From a virus, in IMG/VR virus record IMGVR_UViG_3300047548_001390, positions 14,107 through 78,106 of that record: a DNA stretch of 64,000 bases; one strand, written 5' to 3'. Positions 63,713-64,000 of the stretch are shown in pieces (positions within the stretch are counted from its first letter, which is position 1; every line of letters starts with the position of its first letter). Below the pieces are notes generated by a model. It was not told where the DNA came from and did not search any database. It saw nothing but the letters and a program-made list of their open reading frames with translations. The translations under genes and the position numbers were made by a program.

Positions 63713-64000
63713 TCCTCTACCCTTTCAACATCAAATCCATCAGATACCCAACATTCAGTATCGGTGTTGTCCCAGCCTTCTTCTTCCCACGAAGAATATG
63801 GTTCTTCATCCCACAATTCCTCCAGTCGATCCCTCTCCTTTTGAGGCATATCATCAGGCCAGATAACATCTTCTGAACACCCATCGATTAACTCATCCAT
63901 CTCAACGTTGGTAATGTTGTTGTCACCGGCTGCATAGTTCATATCCACACTCTCACCACTTGGACCACTACCAAAATCAAACTTAGGTTCGTTATCATCA
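63709..64000 (-). CDS. Acidic hypothetical protein (probably begins beyond the window edge)
   Basis: The frame of 63709..63948 stays open to the window end. Confidence 0.55.
   Translation of the reverse strand, partial: DDNEPKFDFGSGPSGESVDMNYAAGDNNITNVEMDELIDGCSEDVIWPDDMPQKERDRLEELWDEEPYSSWEEEGWDNTDTECWVSDGFDVERVEE

Noticed and set aside
1-64000. Intact DGR reverse transcriptase or template repeat
   Set aside because: No ORF with RT motifs (e.g. YxDD in an RT context) and no third, AAC-rich copy of the VR was seen. They may lie outside the window.
1-64000. tRNA/rRNA genes or stop-codon reassignment
   Set aside because: No cloverleaf or rRNA-like segments were recognised by eye (tRNAscan-SE would confirm). 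Core genes are full-length in the standard code, with TAA, TGA and TAG all used as stops.

Overview
This is a 64-kb segment of a large T4-like (myovirus) bacteriophage genome, read with the standard genetic code. Positions 1-41.5 kb are late/virion genes, mostly on the minus strand: gp17 N-terminus, gp15/14/13, a glycosyltransferase cluster with an inserted HNH endonuclease, a ~15-kb tail-fibre/adhesin region, DUF4815-type virion proteins, gp8/7/6/25/5/27-like/53/48 and gp4. Positions 41.5-54.3 kb are a minus-strand block of short hypothetical ORFs with repeated sigma70-type promoters, including a ten-member paralog family. Positions 54.4-59.3 kb carry gp2, a gp54-like gene, gp16, gp26, gp51 and a gp29-like gene. 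Positions 60-64 kb carry gp32, gp59, gp33 and hypothetical genes. The strongest signal is a diversity-generating-retroelement (DGR) locus that appears inactivated. A tail/adhesin gene (18518-19867) has two tandem C-type-lectin-like domains whose 3' ends differ with the codon pattern of adenine mutagenesis. Directly downstream, an unannotated ~140-bp scar appears to join the first ~26 codons of an Avd gene to the last ~20 codons of another gene, possibly the RT. I found no TR or intact RT in the window. A second deletion scar (6551-6840), a Ser-rich collagen-like fibre near four glycosyltransferases and a late PAS-domain/membrane-protein pair are also notable. Family assignments come from motif recognition by eye, not database searches.
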